This document shows positions 9,144 to 19,049 of a DNA stretch of 40,536 nucleotides, piece by piece; position 1 is the stretch's first letter; the number at the start of each line of letters is the position of its first letter. The stretch is from Pseudomonadota bacterium (GTDB lineage: Bacteria; Pseudomonadota; Alphaproteobacteria; Acetobacterales; Acetobacteraceae): the NCBI GenBank assembly GCA_021819535.1, contig JAKAQU010000001.1, positions 1-40,536 of the forward strand. The letters run 5' to 3'. A program made the position numbers and the translations under genes. The notes under the pieces were generated by a model that was not told the origin of the DNA, ran no database searches, and saw only the letters and a program-made list of their open reading frames with translations.

Positions 9144-10114
9144 CAAGCCAATTCGCCGGCGAATACCGTACGCTTGATGACCGGCAGCATGCGATCGACG
9201 TTATTGCCGGTGATGACCAGGATCGGCACCGAGGTTTCCTTGGGCACGCTCGCGCCGCGGAAATGCGCGAGCAGGGCTTCCGCCGATTTCACGCCCATCT
9301 CGTAGGGCTGCTGCATCCCCGAGCCAACCACCTGGCCGGATTTGATGAGTTGCACCAATTCTGGCGTGCCGTCGAAGGCGGCGACCAAGACCTGCCCCTC
9401 GCGCCGCGCCGCCTTGATCGCACGCAAGGCGCCGCTGGTCGGCTGGTCGGTCTGGATGAAGAGGCCGCGGAGATCGGGATGCGCGGTCAGCATGTCCTGG
9501 ACGAAGCGGAAGGTTTCATCGGTGGTGTAGGATTGCATCTGTTGCAGCGGCACTTCCTTGGCGATGCCGGCCTCGCGCATCGCGGTGCGGAACCCGGCGG
9601 TGCGCGCCTGGCCGTTCTTGCGCGCCTGGCTGATGGTGACCATGCCATAGCTGCCATCCTGCCAGCCCTTGGCCTTGATTTCGGCCGCCAGCACCTTGCC
9701 GATGCCATAGGCGCCATCGAAATTATCGGAAATCACGAAGGAGACGTATTCGCCGGAATTGGTGCCGATATCGGACACTACAACCGGGATGCCGGCCTTT
9801 TGCGCAAGCCCCAGCACCGCCGGCGCGGTCGAGCTGTCGGTCGGCGAAATGCAGATGCCGGCAACGCCACGCGCGATCACGTCCTGCGCGTTCTTCAACT
9901 GGGTCGCGGCGTTGTTGTGGCTGTCGAGGGCGGTGAAGCCGTAGCCCTGCGTCTTCGCGGTATCGCCGATGCCCTTGGCGAGATAGCGCCAAAACGGGAG
10001 ATCGAGGCCGGGCGTGAGATAGACGATGGTCTTCTCCGCTGCCCGCGCCGTAAGCGAAAGCGTGCCGAGTGCCGCGACGGACGCCACCCCTTGCAGCAAG
10101 GATCGCCGTTGCAT
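9143..10114 (-). CDS. Sugar ABC transporter periplasmic binding protein (RbsB/type I PBP), Tat signal
   Basis: MQRRSLL twin-Arg signal, PFWRYLAKG, GICISP.DS, GIPVVVSD, SDNFDG, AAFDG, QQPYEMG. GAGGAG RBS. Confidence 0.9.
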   Translation of the reverse strand: MQRRSLLQGVASVAALGTLSLTARAAEKTIVYLTPGLDLPFWRYLAKGIGDTAKTQGYGFTALDSHNNAATQLKNAQDVIARGVAGICISPTDSSTAPAVLGLAQKAGIPVVVSDIGTNSGEYVSFVISDNFDGAYGIGKVLAAEIKAKGWQDGSYGMVTISQARKNGQARTAGFRTAMREAGIAKEVPLQQMQSYTTDETFRFVQDMLTAHPDLRGLFIQTDQPTSGALRAIKAARREGQVLVAAFDGTPELVQLIKSGQVVGSGMQQPYEMGVKSAEALLAHFRGASVPKETSVPILVITGNNVDRMLPVIKRTVFAGELA

Positions 10115-10198
10115 GTTTTCCTCCTCTTTCGTTTGCCCCGCCGAGGGCGGGGGTGCCCTTCTTCTATGGATCAGTCACGCCCGATGCTCAAGTCACAC

Positions 10199-13100
10199 TC
10201 AGATTTCGGTCCGCCCTTCCAGCGTCCAGGGATGCAAAGCCCGCATCCTCGCGCGCAATGATCGCAGATTTTCGTCGCGATTGGTGATCGTGCGCAGCAT
10301 CGAGTTCTCATGCACGCGATAGCGCACCAACGGCGCATCGACATGCACGCCGAACAGCCCGCTTTCGGCGAGCCGGCACCAGAAATCAAAATCCTCCCAC
10401 CCAGTCGGGCGAATATCATGATAGCCGCCGATCGCAGCCCAGGCGGCGAGCCTGACCAGCGCGGTCGCATCGATGTAGTTGCCGGGGGCAAGGCGGATCG
10501 GATCATAGGAGAGATTGGCGAAGACATCATCGGCGCCGCCGAAGCGCTGCATCGTCGGGTAGGCGAAGGCGGCACCGGTTTCTTCGAGGGCGGCAAGGCA
10601 GCGCGCAAGGCATGTGGGCAGCATGATGTTGTCGGCATCGAACGGCATGACATAGGGGGTTTCGGCATGCGCGAAACCGGCATTGCGGGTTTTCGCGAGC
10701 CCCGCGTTGCGCGTGTTGCGCAACAGGAGCGCGCGGCCGAAACGGGCATGGTGTGCCTCGAACCACGCCTTGGCGACGGCAAGTGAGGAATCGGTCGAGG
10801 CGTCGTCGATGACGACGAGATCGAGGGCGGGAATCGTCTGCGCCGCGATCGAATCGAGGGTTTCGCCGACGAAGCCGGCGTAATTGTAAAGTGGCACGAT
10901 CACGGTCAAGACGCCGCGGGCAAGCGTGTCATGGACGAAGACGGTTTCGGTTTCGGGCACCTCCGGCGGCGCGGGATCGGGGCGCGCGGCGAGCGCGATA
11001 TCGAGCGCGAATTGGCGCGCCGCCCGCCGCCCGGGGCTCAGGGTCTGGTCGAGAAAACTGCCCGCGAGTTCGACGCGTCGCTCCGGCCCATAGGCCCAGA
11101 GCGTATGAAAATAGGCGCGCTCGGCAAGCCGCCGGCGCAACTCAGCATCATCGACGAGGCGGCGCAGAGCCTCGAACCAGGCCTCCTCGTCGGCAGCGAG
11201 AAACCCAGTCTCGCCATCGCGCACGGCGCGGCGGAAGGGCGCGGTCGGCGAGCAGACGGAAGGGACGCCGACGAGCGCCGCCTCGAAATATTTAAGCTCG
11301 CTTTTGGCCTCGCAAAACGGATTGCCCGCTTCGAGCGGCGCGAGATTGATGGTGAAACGGGCAAGCTCGCGCGGCAATTCGGCAACCGGCACCATCTCTC
11401 GCCATTCGATCTGATCGGCAACGCCGACCAGTTCGGGAAATTCGTCGATATCGAGGGTCGGCCACGGGCCGCTCTGGAACAACACCAGCCGGCATTGCGG
11501 CCGGGCGGCGAGAAGCCGCGCGACCGCGCCCGACGCCAGCTTGAAATCACGCTGATGGGTGCGGCTGCCACCAGCATAGCCGAGGCGGATGAGCCCATCG
11601 GGGGCGGCAAGCCGGCGGGCGCGAACGGCAAGCCGCGCCAGCCACCAATTCTCGCGATCGAAGCCGTTTGGGATGACGAAGGTCGGAATGGCCCAGCGCT
11701 GCGCCTGGCCGGCGAGGAAATGGGTCGGCGTGATGGCGAAATCCATCGCTTTCAGGGTTTCCTGGACGGCGAGGAAATGCCCCTTGACGGCCGCCGGGTC
11801 GAGGCCGCGGGTGCGGATGCCGTCGATCACGTCGGGGTCGGCGAGATCGGCATCGAACATCAAATCATCGACATCGAACACCATCCGCGCCCCGCAACTC
11901 CGCGCCCGCTCGACGATGTCGCGCAGTTCCGCACTCCAGCCGAGCCGCCAGACGATGAGAAGATCGACAACGCCGATGCGATCGGCCAGCCTCTCGCCGG
12001 GAAGCGGCTTGCCGTCCTTGGTGGTCGGCTCGTGGAGGCTCACGATCGCGCCCGCCGCGCGCAGCGCCTCGGCGAGGCGGAGGACGCGATAGGTATGGCC
12101 GGGCGTGTCGGCCTCGCCGGACAGAATGGCGACACGCTGCCCACCCCCCTCGGCAGAGGCCGGCATTCCCCCCCCTGGCACGCCCCCTTGCGCGAGGTCG
12201 AGGGGGAGCGGGTCGTCATCGCGCCGCGCCGGGCGGATCGGGCGGTTCTCGGCGCGGCCGAACTGCTCGTAATGCGCGAGCGGATTGGTCCTCTGCGCAA
12301 TCACGTCCGGGTTCAGCGCGAGATAGTCGAGCGTCGAGAAATCCGGCCCCGGGTCATAGCCGAGAGAGACGCCCTCGCTCGCGTAATGCCGCACCGGATC
12401 GACCCCGCTCGCCACGACCTCGGGATAGCGGGTCAGATACCAGGCGCGATCGAAGAGCGGGCTTGCGGCAATGACGGCGATGTCCTGTTTGCCGTAATGG
12501 CGAAGGACGCGGCCGAGAAGCCCCTCCCGGCGCACCGGGCGCAGGGCCGCGCCATAGGCACGCTGCAAGACTCGCAAGCGCTGGCCGAGGCTGGCGAGCG
12601 CCAATAAAGGGGCCTGATCGGCGCGCAGGGAGCGGGCTTCGCCGACGGCGGCGTGGGCTTTCGCTTCGAGGCCGGCGATCTCGGCGGCCATGACCTCGAT
12701 ACGGGCCGCGATGGTGCCGATCATCGCCCGGTCGCGCTCGGCCAAAGCCCGCTCGCGCGCGGCGGTGGCGCGAAGAGCCGCGGTCTCGGCGAAATCATCG
12801 AGCAAGAACAGACTCGTCGGCAGGTCCGGGAGCGGCGCATCGGCGGCGAGTGCGAGCAGGAACGGCGCGCTCGGCAGCGAGGCCGCCGCCGAGATCGCAC
12901 CCGTCGCCGCATGATCGAAGACCACGGCGCCGCGCGGCGTCTCGGGGAGGAGGGCAAAGCCGGCGAAGCCGCGCTCGGGAATGAGGGTGATATGGGCGAA
13001 CTCGGCGCCGAGGAGGGCTGCGAAATCGGCGCGCGAGAAAGCCTGGCGCGAGAATCTCGCGGGTGGCGCGAGGTCGCGGTCGCGGACGCTCAGGAAAACG

Positions 13101-13444
13101 CAGCCCCCCGGGCGCAAAGCGGTGCGGCAGGCGGCGAGAAGGGCTTTCGGATCGTCGCACCACTCCAGGATGTCGAGGCAGAGCACGATGTCAGCGGCAG
13201 CGATGGGGAGGGCTGCGGTTCCCTGTTCGATCTCGCCTCGCGCGATCGGGCGCAGTGATTTCGCCGCGCGCGCAACGGCTGCCGGCACGGTTCCGCCTTT
13301 GCCGGACAAAACGGCGATGGCATCGCGTCCGCGACAGAGATGGGCTGCGAACAGCCAGGCATGGGCGAGTTCAGGCGGAAGCCCGCGCAATTCCGCCGCA
13401 TCGGCATCGGAGGCCAGAACGTGATCCATCGGAAGCTCATCCAT
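10199..13444 (-). CDS. Multidomain glycosyltransferase: methyltransferase-like domain + coiled coil + 'FD..WY..YP.V/P..HY..G' repeats + GT4-like + GT2
   Basis: DIVLCLDILEW..DP......LRPGG (MTase-like), FDVDDL, KSELKYFEAA..GVP (GT-B), VIVPLYNY, VIDDASTD, FDADN, WEDFDFW (GT2). Start ATG 13444 with GAGAAGG RBS. Confidence 0.85.
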   Translation of the reverse strand: MDELPMDHVLASDADAAELRGLPPELAHAWLFAAHLCRGRDAIAVLSGKGGTVPAAVARAAKSLRPIARGEIEQGTAALPIAAADIVLCLDILEWCDDPKALLAACRTALRPGGCVFLSVRDRDLAPPARFSRQAFSRADFAALLGAEFAHITLIPERGFAGFALLPETPRGAVVFDHAATGAISAAASLPSAPFLLALAADAPLPDLPTSLFLLDDFAETAALRATAARERALAERDRAMIGTIAARIEVMAAEIAGLEAKAHAAVGEARSLRADQAPLLALASLGQRLRVLQRAYGAALRPVRREGLLGRVLRHYGKQDIAVIAASPLFDRAWYLTRYPEVVASGVDPVRHYASEGVSLGYDPGPDFSTLDYLALNPDVIAQRTNPLAHYEQFGRAENRPIRPARRDDDPLPLDLAQGGVPGGGMPASAEGGGQRVAILSGEADTPGHTYRVLRLAEALRAAGAIVSLHEPTTKDGKPLPGERLADRIGVVDLLIVWRLGWSAELRDIVERARSCGARMVFDVDDLMFDADLADPDVIDGIRTRGLDPAAVKGHFLAVQETLKAMDFAITPTHFLAGQAQRWAIPTFVIPNGFDRENWWLARLAVRARRLAAPDGLIRLGYAGGSRTHQRDFKLASGAVARLLAARPQCRLVLFQSGPWPTLDIDEFPELVGVADQIEWREMVPVAELPRELARFTINLAPLEAGNPFCEAKSELKYFEAALVGVPSVCSPTAPFRRAVRDGETGFLAADEEAWFEALRRLVDDAELRRRLAERAYFHTLWAYGPERRVELAGSFLDQTLSPGRRAARQFALDIALAARPDPAPPEVPETETVFVHDTLARGVLTVIVPLYNYAGFVGETLDSIAAQTIPALDLVVIDDASTDSSLAVAKAWFEAHHARFGRALLLRNTRNAGLAKTRNAGFAHAETPYVMPFDADNIMLPTCLARCLAALEETGAAFAYPTMQRFGGADDVFANLSYDPIRLAPGNYIDATALVRLAAWAAIGGYHDIRPTGWEDFDFWCRLAESGLFGVHVDAPLVRYRVHENSMLRTITNRDENLRSLRARMRALHPWTLEGRTEI

Positions 13445-13688
13445 CAGGGCGGCCTTCTCATTGCCGGACGCAATTCGGCGGGCGGAGTTTGTCCCGGCGC
13501 GGTCTCGATCGCAACGCGGGGAGAGCGGGGCGAGCATTGAAGGGGCGAAAACCGAGGGTCAAGTTTGCTTTGTCTCTGCCGCCGAAACATGTTAGGGAAT
13601 GCTGCATATCGACAGAGCAAGACACGTATTCCGGGAAAAAATCGCGGATGAGCTTTTTCCTTTCCGCTACGCGCACTGTGATCATACC

Positions 13689-15686
13689 ATGACCGCCCCC
13701 ATCACTGGCCGGCGACGGCGCGGTATCTCGCTTGCCGGCCTTTCTCTCGGCTGCATCCGCGTGGGACGCGCGGTCGCTCGGCGCAACCGTGCGCTCGGGG
13801 CGCTGCTGCGGTTTTTGTGGCGCCCACTCAAGCTCTTTCTGATGCCGGTGTTCGAGCACAAGAATCCGAATGCCTATGAGAACTGGATCGCCAAATACGA
13901 CCGGCTGCTTCCGGCCGATCGGGCGGCGATCGTGCGCCATGTGGCACTTATGCCACGGCAGCCGGAATTCGTTTTGCTCCTCCCGGCCGACCCCGCCGCA
14001 CTCACGCCGCTTCGCGGGAGCCTCGCCTCGCTCCGGGACCAGATCTATGCGCGCTGGCGAGCGATCGTGCTCGTCTGCGGCCCGATCTCGGCCTCCGAAA
14101 AGCACGCCCTGGAGGGCGCCATCGCCGCCGATGCCCGGCTCCATCTCGTAATCACCGAGGCGGAGGGGGTTTTCGACCCCGGCGCGGCGTCTTTGTCCCC
14201 GGCGGCACAGTCGGCGGCAGATTTCGCCGTGCCGCTGATGCCGGGTGATCGCTTGGCCGCGCAGGCGCTTTACGAACTCGCGGCCGAGATCAACGCCTAT
14301 CCCGAAACCGCGCTCCTCTACGCCGACGAAGACCGGCTCGATGATGGCGGTAAGCGCTACGCCCCCTATTTCAAACCCGATTTCGACCCCGATCTCCTGC
14401 TCGCGCAGAACTACCTCACCGGGCTTACGGCTTACCGCCTCGATCTCGTCACCCGGATCGGTGGCTTGCCGGGCACCGATGCCGCATCCTGCTGGCATGA
14501 GGTGGCGCTCGCCGCCAGCGCCGAGGCCGGTTTCGCGCGCATCCGCCATATTCAGAGCGTCTTGTGCCATCGCCGGCGGGAAGACCCGCTATCCGCGCGT
14601 GCGGCGGCGGAGGCCGCGGCACATGATCATGCGGCGGTCGCGCGCCATCTCGCGCGATGCGCGATCCCGGCCGCGATCGTGCCTGCGGCCGAGGAAAACC
14701 GTTTTCGCCTGCGCTGGAATCTCCCGACGCCGGCGCCCCTGGTCTCGGTCATCATCCCGACGCGCGACCGGGCGGAGCTTTTGGCGCAATGTCTCGAAGG
14801 CCTGCTCACGCGCACCGATTACCCGGCGATCGAGGTGATCATTGCCGATAACGACAGCCGCGAGCCGGCGACGGCGGCACTCTACGCTCGCCTCGCGGCG
14901 GATGGGCGGGTGCGGATTTTGCCGATGCCGGGGCCGTTCAACTATTCACGCCTCAATAACCGCGCCGTCGCCGCGGCGGCCGGCGATGTCCTCCTATTGC
15001 TGAACAACGATATCGACGTGATCGCGCCGCATTGGCTCGGCGAAATGGTCGCGCACGCGATCAGGCCGGAGATCGGGGCGGTGGGCGCCAAGCTCCTCTA
15101 CGCCAATGATACCATCCAGCATGCCGGCGTCATTCTCGGCATGGGCTGGCCGGAGGGGGTGGCCGGCCATTATTATTGCTTCGAGAAGCGCAACGCGCCC
15201 GGGGCATTCGATCTCCTGCGTGTTACGCGCTCGACCTCGGCGGTGACGGCGGCCTGCCTTGCGGTGCGGAAATCGGTATTTCTGGAGGCGGGCGGCTTCG
15301 ACGAGGAAAATCTCACTGTCGCGTTCAACGACGTCGATCTCTGTCTCCGCATTCAGGCGCGCGGATATCGCAATTTGTGGACGCCTGACGCCGAACTCTA
15401 TCATTTTGAATCGGCGACGCGCGGCAAGGATCTGGGAGGCGAGAAAGCGCAGCGTTTTTACGCCGAAATCGCTTACATGCGCGCGCGTTGGGGCGATATT
15501 CTCGACCGTGATCCCTATTGGAATCCCAATCTTTCGCTGAGTTCAGGCGCGCGCGATCTCGCCCCCTTCCCGCGTCGGCCGAAGCCGTGGCTCGCGTTTC
15601 CACCGGAGACGGTGCGCGACGACCCCGCCGCGCGCGACGCGGCGCCGCGCTGGCCGCATCAGCGCCTCCTCACCACGCCGGAATAG
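13689..15686 (+). CDS. GT2-family glycosyltransferase with tandem GT2 domains (first degenerate); surface polysaccharide synthesis
   Basis: YADED....FKPDF, VSVIIPTRDR, DNDS, FNYSRLNN, LLNND, VGAKLLY....QHAG, AVTAACL, FNDVDLCL, YHFES. Start position uncertain. Confidence 0.88.
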   Translation: MTAPITGRRRRGISLAGLSLGCIRVGRAVARRNRALGALLRFLWRPLKLFLMPVFEHKNPNAYENWIAKYDRLLPADRAAIVRHVALMPRQPEFVLLLPADPAALTPLRGSLASLRDQIYARWRAIVLVCGPISASEKHALEGAIAADARLHLVITEAEGVFDPGAASLSPAAQSAADFAVPLMPGDRLAAQALYELAAEINAYPETALLYADEDRLDDGGKRYAPYFKPDFDPDLLLAQNYLTGLTAYRLDLVTRIGGLPGTDAASCWHEVALAASAEAGFARIRHIQSVLCHRRREDPLSARAAAEAAAHDHAAVARHLARCAIPAAIVPAAEENRFRLRWNLPTPAPLVSVIIPTRDRAELLAQCLEGLLTRTDYPAIEVIIADNDSREPATAALYARLAADGRVRILPMPGPFNYSRLNNRAVAAAAGDVLLLLNNDIDVIAPHWLGEMVAHAIRPEIGAVGAKLLYANDTIQHAGVILGMGWPEGVAGHYYCFEKRNAPGAFDLLRVTRSTSAVTAACLAVRKSVFLEAGGFDEENLTVAFNDVDLCLRIQARGYRNLWTPDAELYHFESATRGKDLGGEKAQRFYAEIAYMRARWGDILDRDPYWNPNLSLSSGARDLAPFPRRPKPWLAFPPETVRDDPAARDAAPRWPHQRLLTTPE

Positions 15687-15698
15687 CCAAAAGACCGA

Positions 15699-15717
15699 GC
15701 CCGGATCGGATCCGGGC
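15699..15717. terminator. Short GC-rich palindrome between convergent GT2 and fhs genes
   Basis: GCCCGGATC-G-GATCCGGGC. No clear U-tract. Confidence 0.3.
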
Positions 15718-15722
15718 GGGGA

Positions 15723-17405
15723 TCAGGAGATCCCGGTCACCTCGCCCGCGTCGTCGAGCCTGATATGCTCGGCGGCGGGGCGGCGGGGAAGGCCGGGCAT
15801 GGTCATGATCTCGCCGGCGAGTGCCACCACGAACCCGGCCCCGGCGGCGAGCCGCACCTCGCGCACCGGCAGGATATGCCCCGTCGGCGCGCCGAGAAGG
15901 GCGGGATCGGCACTGAAACTATACTGGGTTTTGGCGACGCATATCGGGAGATGGCCGAACCCGGCGGCTTCGAACGCGGCGAGGCGCCGGCGCGCGGGCG
16001 GCGCGATATCGATGTCGGCGGCATGATAGATGCGGGTCGCGATGGTGCGGAGCTTGTCGGCAAGCGGTAATTCCGGCGCGTAAAGCGGGCGGAACCGCGC
16101 GGTCTTGCCGGCGACCGCGGCCGCAACCGTGTCTGCCAGCGCCGCCGCCCCCGCGGCCCCCTCCGCCCAATGCGTGCAGCGCACCAGCGCCACATCGAGC
16201 GGTGTCAGCGCCGCCGCGAGGGCGGCGAACTCGGCCTCGGTATCGCCGGGGAAATGGTTGAGCGCGACCACCACCGGCAGCCCGAAGCTGCGCATATTTT
16301 CGACATGGCGGATGAGATTGGCGGCGCCAAGCGCGACCGCGGCGGGATCCTCGGCGCCGAGTTCGGCGCGCCCGCGCCCGCCATGCATCTTGAGCGCGCG
16401 GAGGCTCGCGACGATCACCGCGCAATCGGGCGCGAGGCCGGCGCTCGGGCATTTGATGTCGAGGAATTTTTCGCCGCCGAGATCGGCACCGAACCCGGCT
16501 TCCGTCACCACGAAATCGGCGAGCTTCAGGCCGAGCTTCGTTGCGATCGCCGAATTGCAGCCATGGGCGATATTGGCGAACGGCCCGCCATGGACCAGGG
16601 CCGGCGTATGCGCCAGCGTCTGCACCAGATTGGGCATCAGGGCCTCGCGCAAGAGCACCGCCATGGCGCCATCGGCCTTGAGATCGGCGCATGTGACGAA
16701 GCTTGCATCACGCCGGGCGCCGACGATCATGCGCCCGAGACGATGCTGGAGATCGGCGTGGTCGCGGGCGAGGCAGAACGCCGCCATCACCTCGGAGGCG
16801 ACGGTGATGTCGAAACCGGTCTCGACGGGGGCACCATTGGCGACGCCGCCGAGGCCGGCGACCATGGCGCGGAGCGTGCGGTCATTGATATCGAGCGCCC
16901 GGCGCCAGGTGACGCGGCGCGGATCGAGCCCGGCCTCGTTGCCCCAATAAATATGATTGTCGATCATCGCCGCGAGCAGATTATTGGCCGCGGTGATGGC
17001 GTGAAAATCGCCGGTGAAGTGGAGATTGATTTCCGCCATCGGGGCGATCTGCGCATGCCCGCCGCCGGTCGCGCCACCCTTCTGGCCGAAACAGGGGCCG
17101 AGACTGGGCTCACGGAGGCAGAGCACTGCCCGCCGCCCGCTCGCGTTCAGCGCATCGGCGAGCCCGATCGAGGTCGTGGTCTTGCCCTCGCCGGCCGGGG
17201 TCGGGCTGATACCGACCACCAGCACCAGGGCACCATCCGGGCGGCCCGCGGTTGCGCGAATGAACTCGAAATCGATTTTTGCCTTATGGCGCCCGTAAGG
17301 TTCCAGCGCCTCGGCCGGGATGCCGAGACGCTCGGCGATCTCGGCGATGGGGCGGAGACGCGCCGCGCGCGCGATGTCGAGATCGATGTTGCCTGTGCTG
17401 CTCAT
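15723..17405 (-). CDS. fhs: Formate--tetrahydrofolate ligase
   Basis: [84 protein letters not shown]. Confidence 0.97.
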   Translation of the reverse strand: MSSTGNIDLDIARAARLRPIAEIAERLGIPAEALEPYGRHKAKIDFEFIRATAGRPDGALVLVVGISPTPAGEGKTTTSIGLADALNASGRRAVLCLREPSLGPCFGQKGGATGGGHAQIAPMAEINLHFTGDFHAITAANNLLAAMIDNHIYWGNEAGLDPRRVTWRRALDINDRTLRAMVAGLGGVANGAPVETGFDITVASEVMAAFCLARDHADLQHRLGRMIVGARRDASFVTCADLKADGAMAVLLREALMPNLVQTLAHTPALVHGGPFANIAHGCNSAIATKLGLKLADFVVTEAGFGADLGGEKFLDIKCPSAGLAPDCAVIVASLRALKMHGGRGRAELGAEDPAAVALGAANLIRHVENMRSFGLPVVVALNHFPGDTEAEFAALAAALTPLDVALVRCTHWAEGAAGAAALADTVAAAVAGKTARFRPLYAPELPLADKLRTIATRIYHAADIDIAPPARRRLAAFEAAGFGHLPICVAKTQYSFSADPALLGAPTGHILPVREVRLAAGAGFVVALAGEIMTMPGLPRRPAAEHIRLDDAGEVTGIS

Positions 17406-17545
17406 GACGCGGGCTTTGGCATGGTTCGGAGGCAAAATCCATCCCTCTTCATGCGAAAATGTCGGGGCTGATATGACGTACTACCCGGTGGTGCCGAACG
17501 GGCGTAATGTTTTGGCGTCCAAGAACCCAAAACAAGAGGAAACCC

Positions 17546-18628
17546 ATGGAACGACGCAATCTCCTTCGCGGCCTTGGCGCCGGTGCGATCGGCCTCGCCG
17601 GTCTGGCCGCGGGCCAAGCGCGGGCGCAAAGCGACCCGGCCGGCACCATGCCGCCGCCACGCGATTGGAACGATCCCGCGACCGTCATCTATCCCGACCC
17701 GGCCTTCGAAATTTTCGACCCGCGCTTTGCCAAATACAATGCCGGCACGACCTCGATCGAGCGCATTTTCACCGGCGCCGTCTGGACCGAGGGGCCGGTC
17801 TGGTTCGGCGACTGGCATAGTCTTCTCTTCAGCGACATCCCCAATAACCGTATCCTGCGCTATGATACGATGACGCGGGAGACGACGATTTTCCGCCATC
17901 CGTCGGGTTACGTGAACGGCAATACCCGCGATCGCCAGGGTCGGCTCGTCTCCTGCGAGCAGGGCGGACGGCGCATCAGCCGCACCGAATATGATGGGCG
18001 GATCGTCACCGTCGTCGACAGCTATAATGGCAAGCGGCTGAACTCGCCGAACGGCGTCATCGTCAAATCCGACAACACGATCTGGTTCACCGATCCGACC
18101 TACGGCATCGGCGGCGACCATGAGGGCAACCGCGCCGAGCCGGAACTGCCGCGCAACGTCTATCGCTTCGATCCGCAAAGCAACAAACTCAGCGTCGTGG
18201 TCGGCGATTTCTCGATGCCGAACGGGCTCTGCTTCTCGCCCGATGAGAAGAAGCTCTATATTTCGGATACCGGCGTTCTCGGCGGGCCGGAGCCGAAACA
18301 CACGCTGGTCCGCGTCTTCGATGTCGGCGATGATGGGAAATTGTCGAATGATCGCGTGTTCCATGATTTCAAGGGCGATGGCACTTATATCGCCGATGAC
18401 ATGCGCGTCGACGAGGACGGCAATCTCTGGTGCGCCGGCGGCTGGGGCCCGGCGACAATGAACGGGGTGCGCGTTTTCGCCCCCGACGGCACCCCGATCG
18501 GCGCGATCGTTCTGCCCGAAGTCGGCGGTAATCTGTGTTTTGGCGGCCACCAGCATAATCGCCTGTTCATTGCGGCGAGTAAGTCGATCTACGCGATCGA
18601 TGTCGGCACACGCGGCGTCGAGCTATAG
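17546..18628 (+). CDS. SMP-30/gluconolactonase/LRE family beta-propeller, Tat-exported
   Basis: MERRNLL signal, WTEGPVW, FSDIPNNRI, NGNTRD.QGRL..CE, NSPN, WFTDP.YG, PNGLCFSPDE. AGAGGA RBS. Confidence 0.9.
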   Translation: MERRNLLRGLGAGAIGLAGLAAGQARAQSDPAGTMPPPRDWNDPATVIYPDPAFEIFDPRFAKYNAGTTSIERIFTGAVWTEGPVWFGDWHSLLFSDIPNNRILRYDTMTRETTIFRHPSGYVNGNTRDRQGRLVSCEQGGRRISRTEYDGRIVTVVDSYNGKRLNSPNGVIVKSDNTIWFTDPTYGIGGDHEGNRAEPELPRNVYRFDPQSNKLSVVVGDFSMPNGLCFSPDEKKLYISDTGVLGGPEPKHTLVRVFDVGDDGKLSNDRVFHDFKGDGTYIADDMRVDEDGNLWCAGGWGPATMNGVRVFAPDGTPIGAIVLPEVGGNLCFGGHQHNRLFIAASKSIYAIDVGTRGVEL

Positions 18629-18662
18629 ATTTTCCGCCGGAGCCTGAGCCCTTTCTCCCGGA

Positions 18663-18698
18663 ATGGCGGCGTCTTCGGCGCCGCCATCTCGGTTTTTT
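18663..18698 (+). terminator. Rho-independent terminator downstream of the lactonase
   Basis: ATGGCGGCG-TCTTCGG-CGCCGCCAT hairpin followed by a T-run a few nt later. Confidence 0.6.
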
Positions 18699-19049
18699 CC
18701 CTCCGATGATTGCGCGATCATTGTCGTGATCATCCTCCCTCATCTTCGTCAGCCTTGCGACGCCACCCGTTCGGCTCGATGAGCAAGCGGGGTTGGGATC
18801 GGCGTGTCGGCGAACGCTGCCCCCCCCAACGCGATATAAGCCCGCCGCGAAATATGTCCGCTTTGCTACCTTTCTTCCCGAAATTGCGCTTTGGCTTGAG
18901 CCGAAGCCGCAAGAGAAGAAAAAAATTAGGCTTCAAATCGGTCTTAAATTCACTTTTTCTCTCGCGCCGCGGCCGCACCTCCTCTATAGGAACGAAAGCC
19001 GAGCGACCGCGGGCGCGGTTCAGCCGCGTCCGCAACCGGAGAGAAAGAA

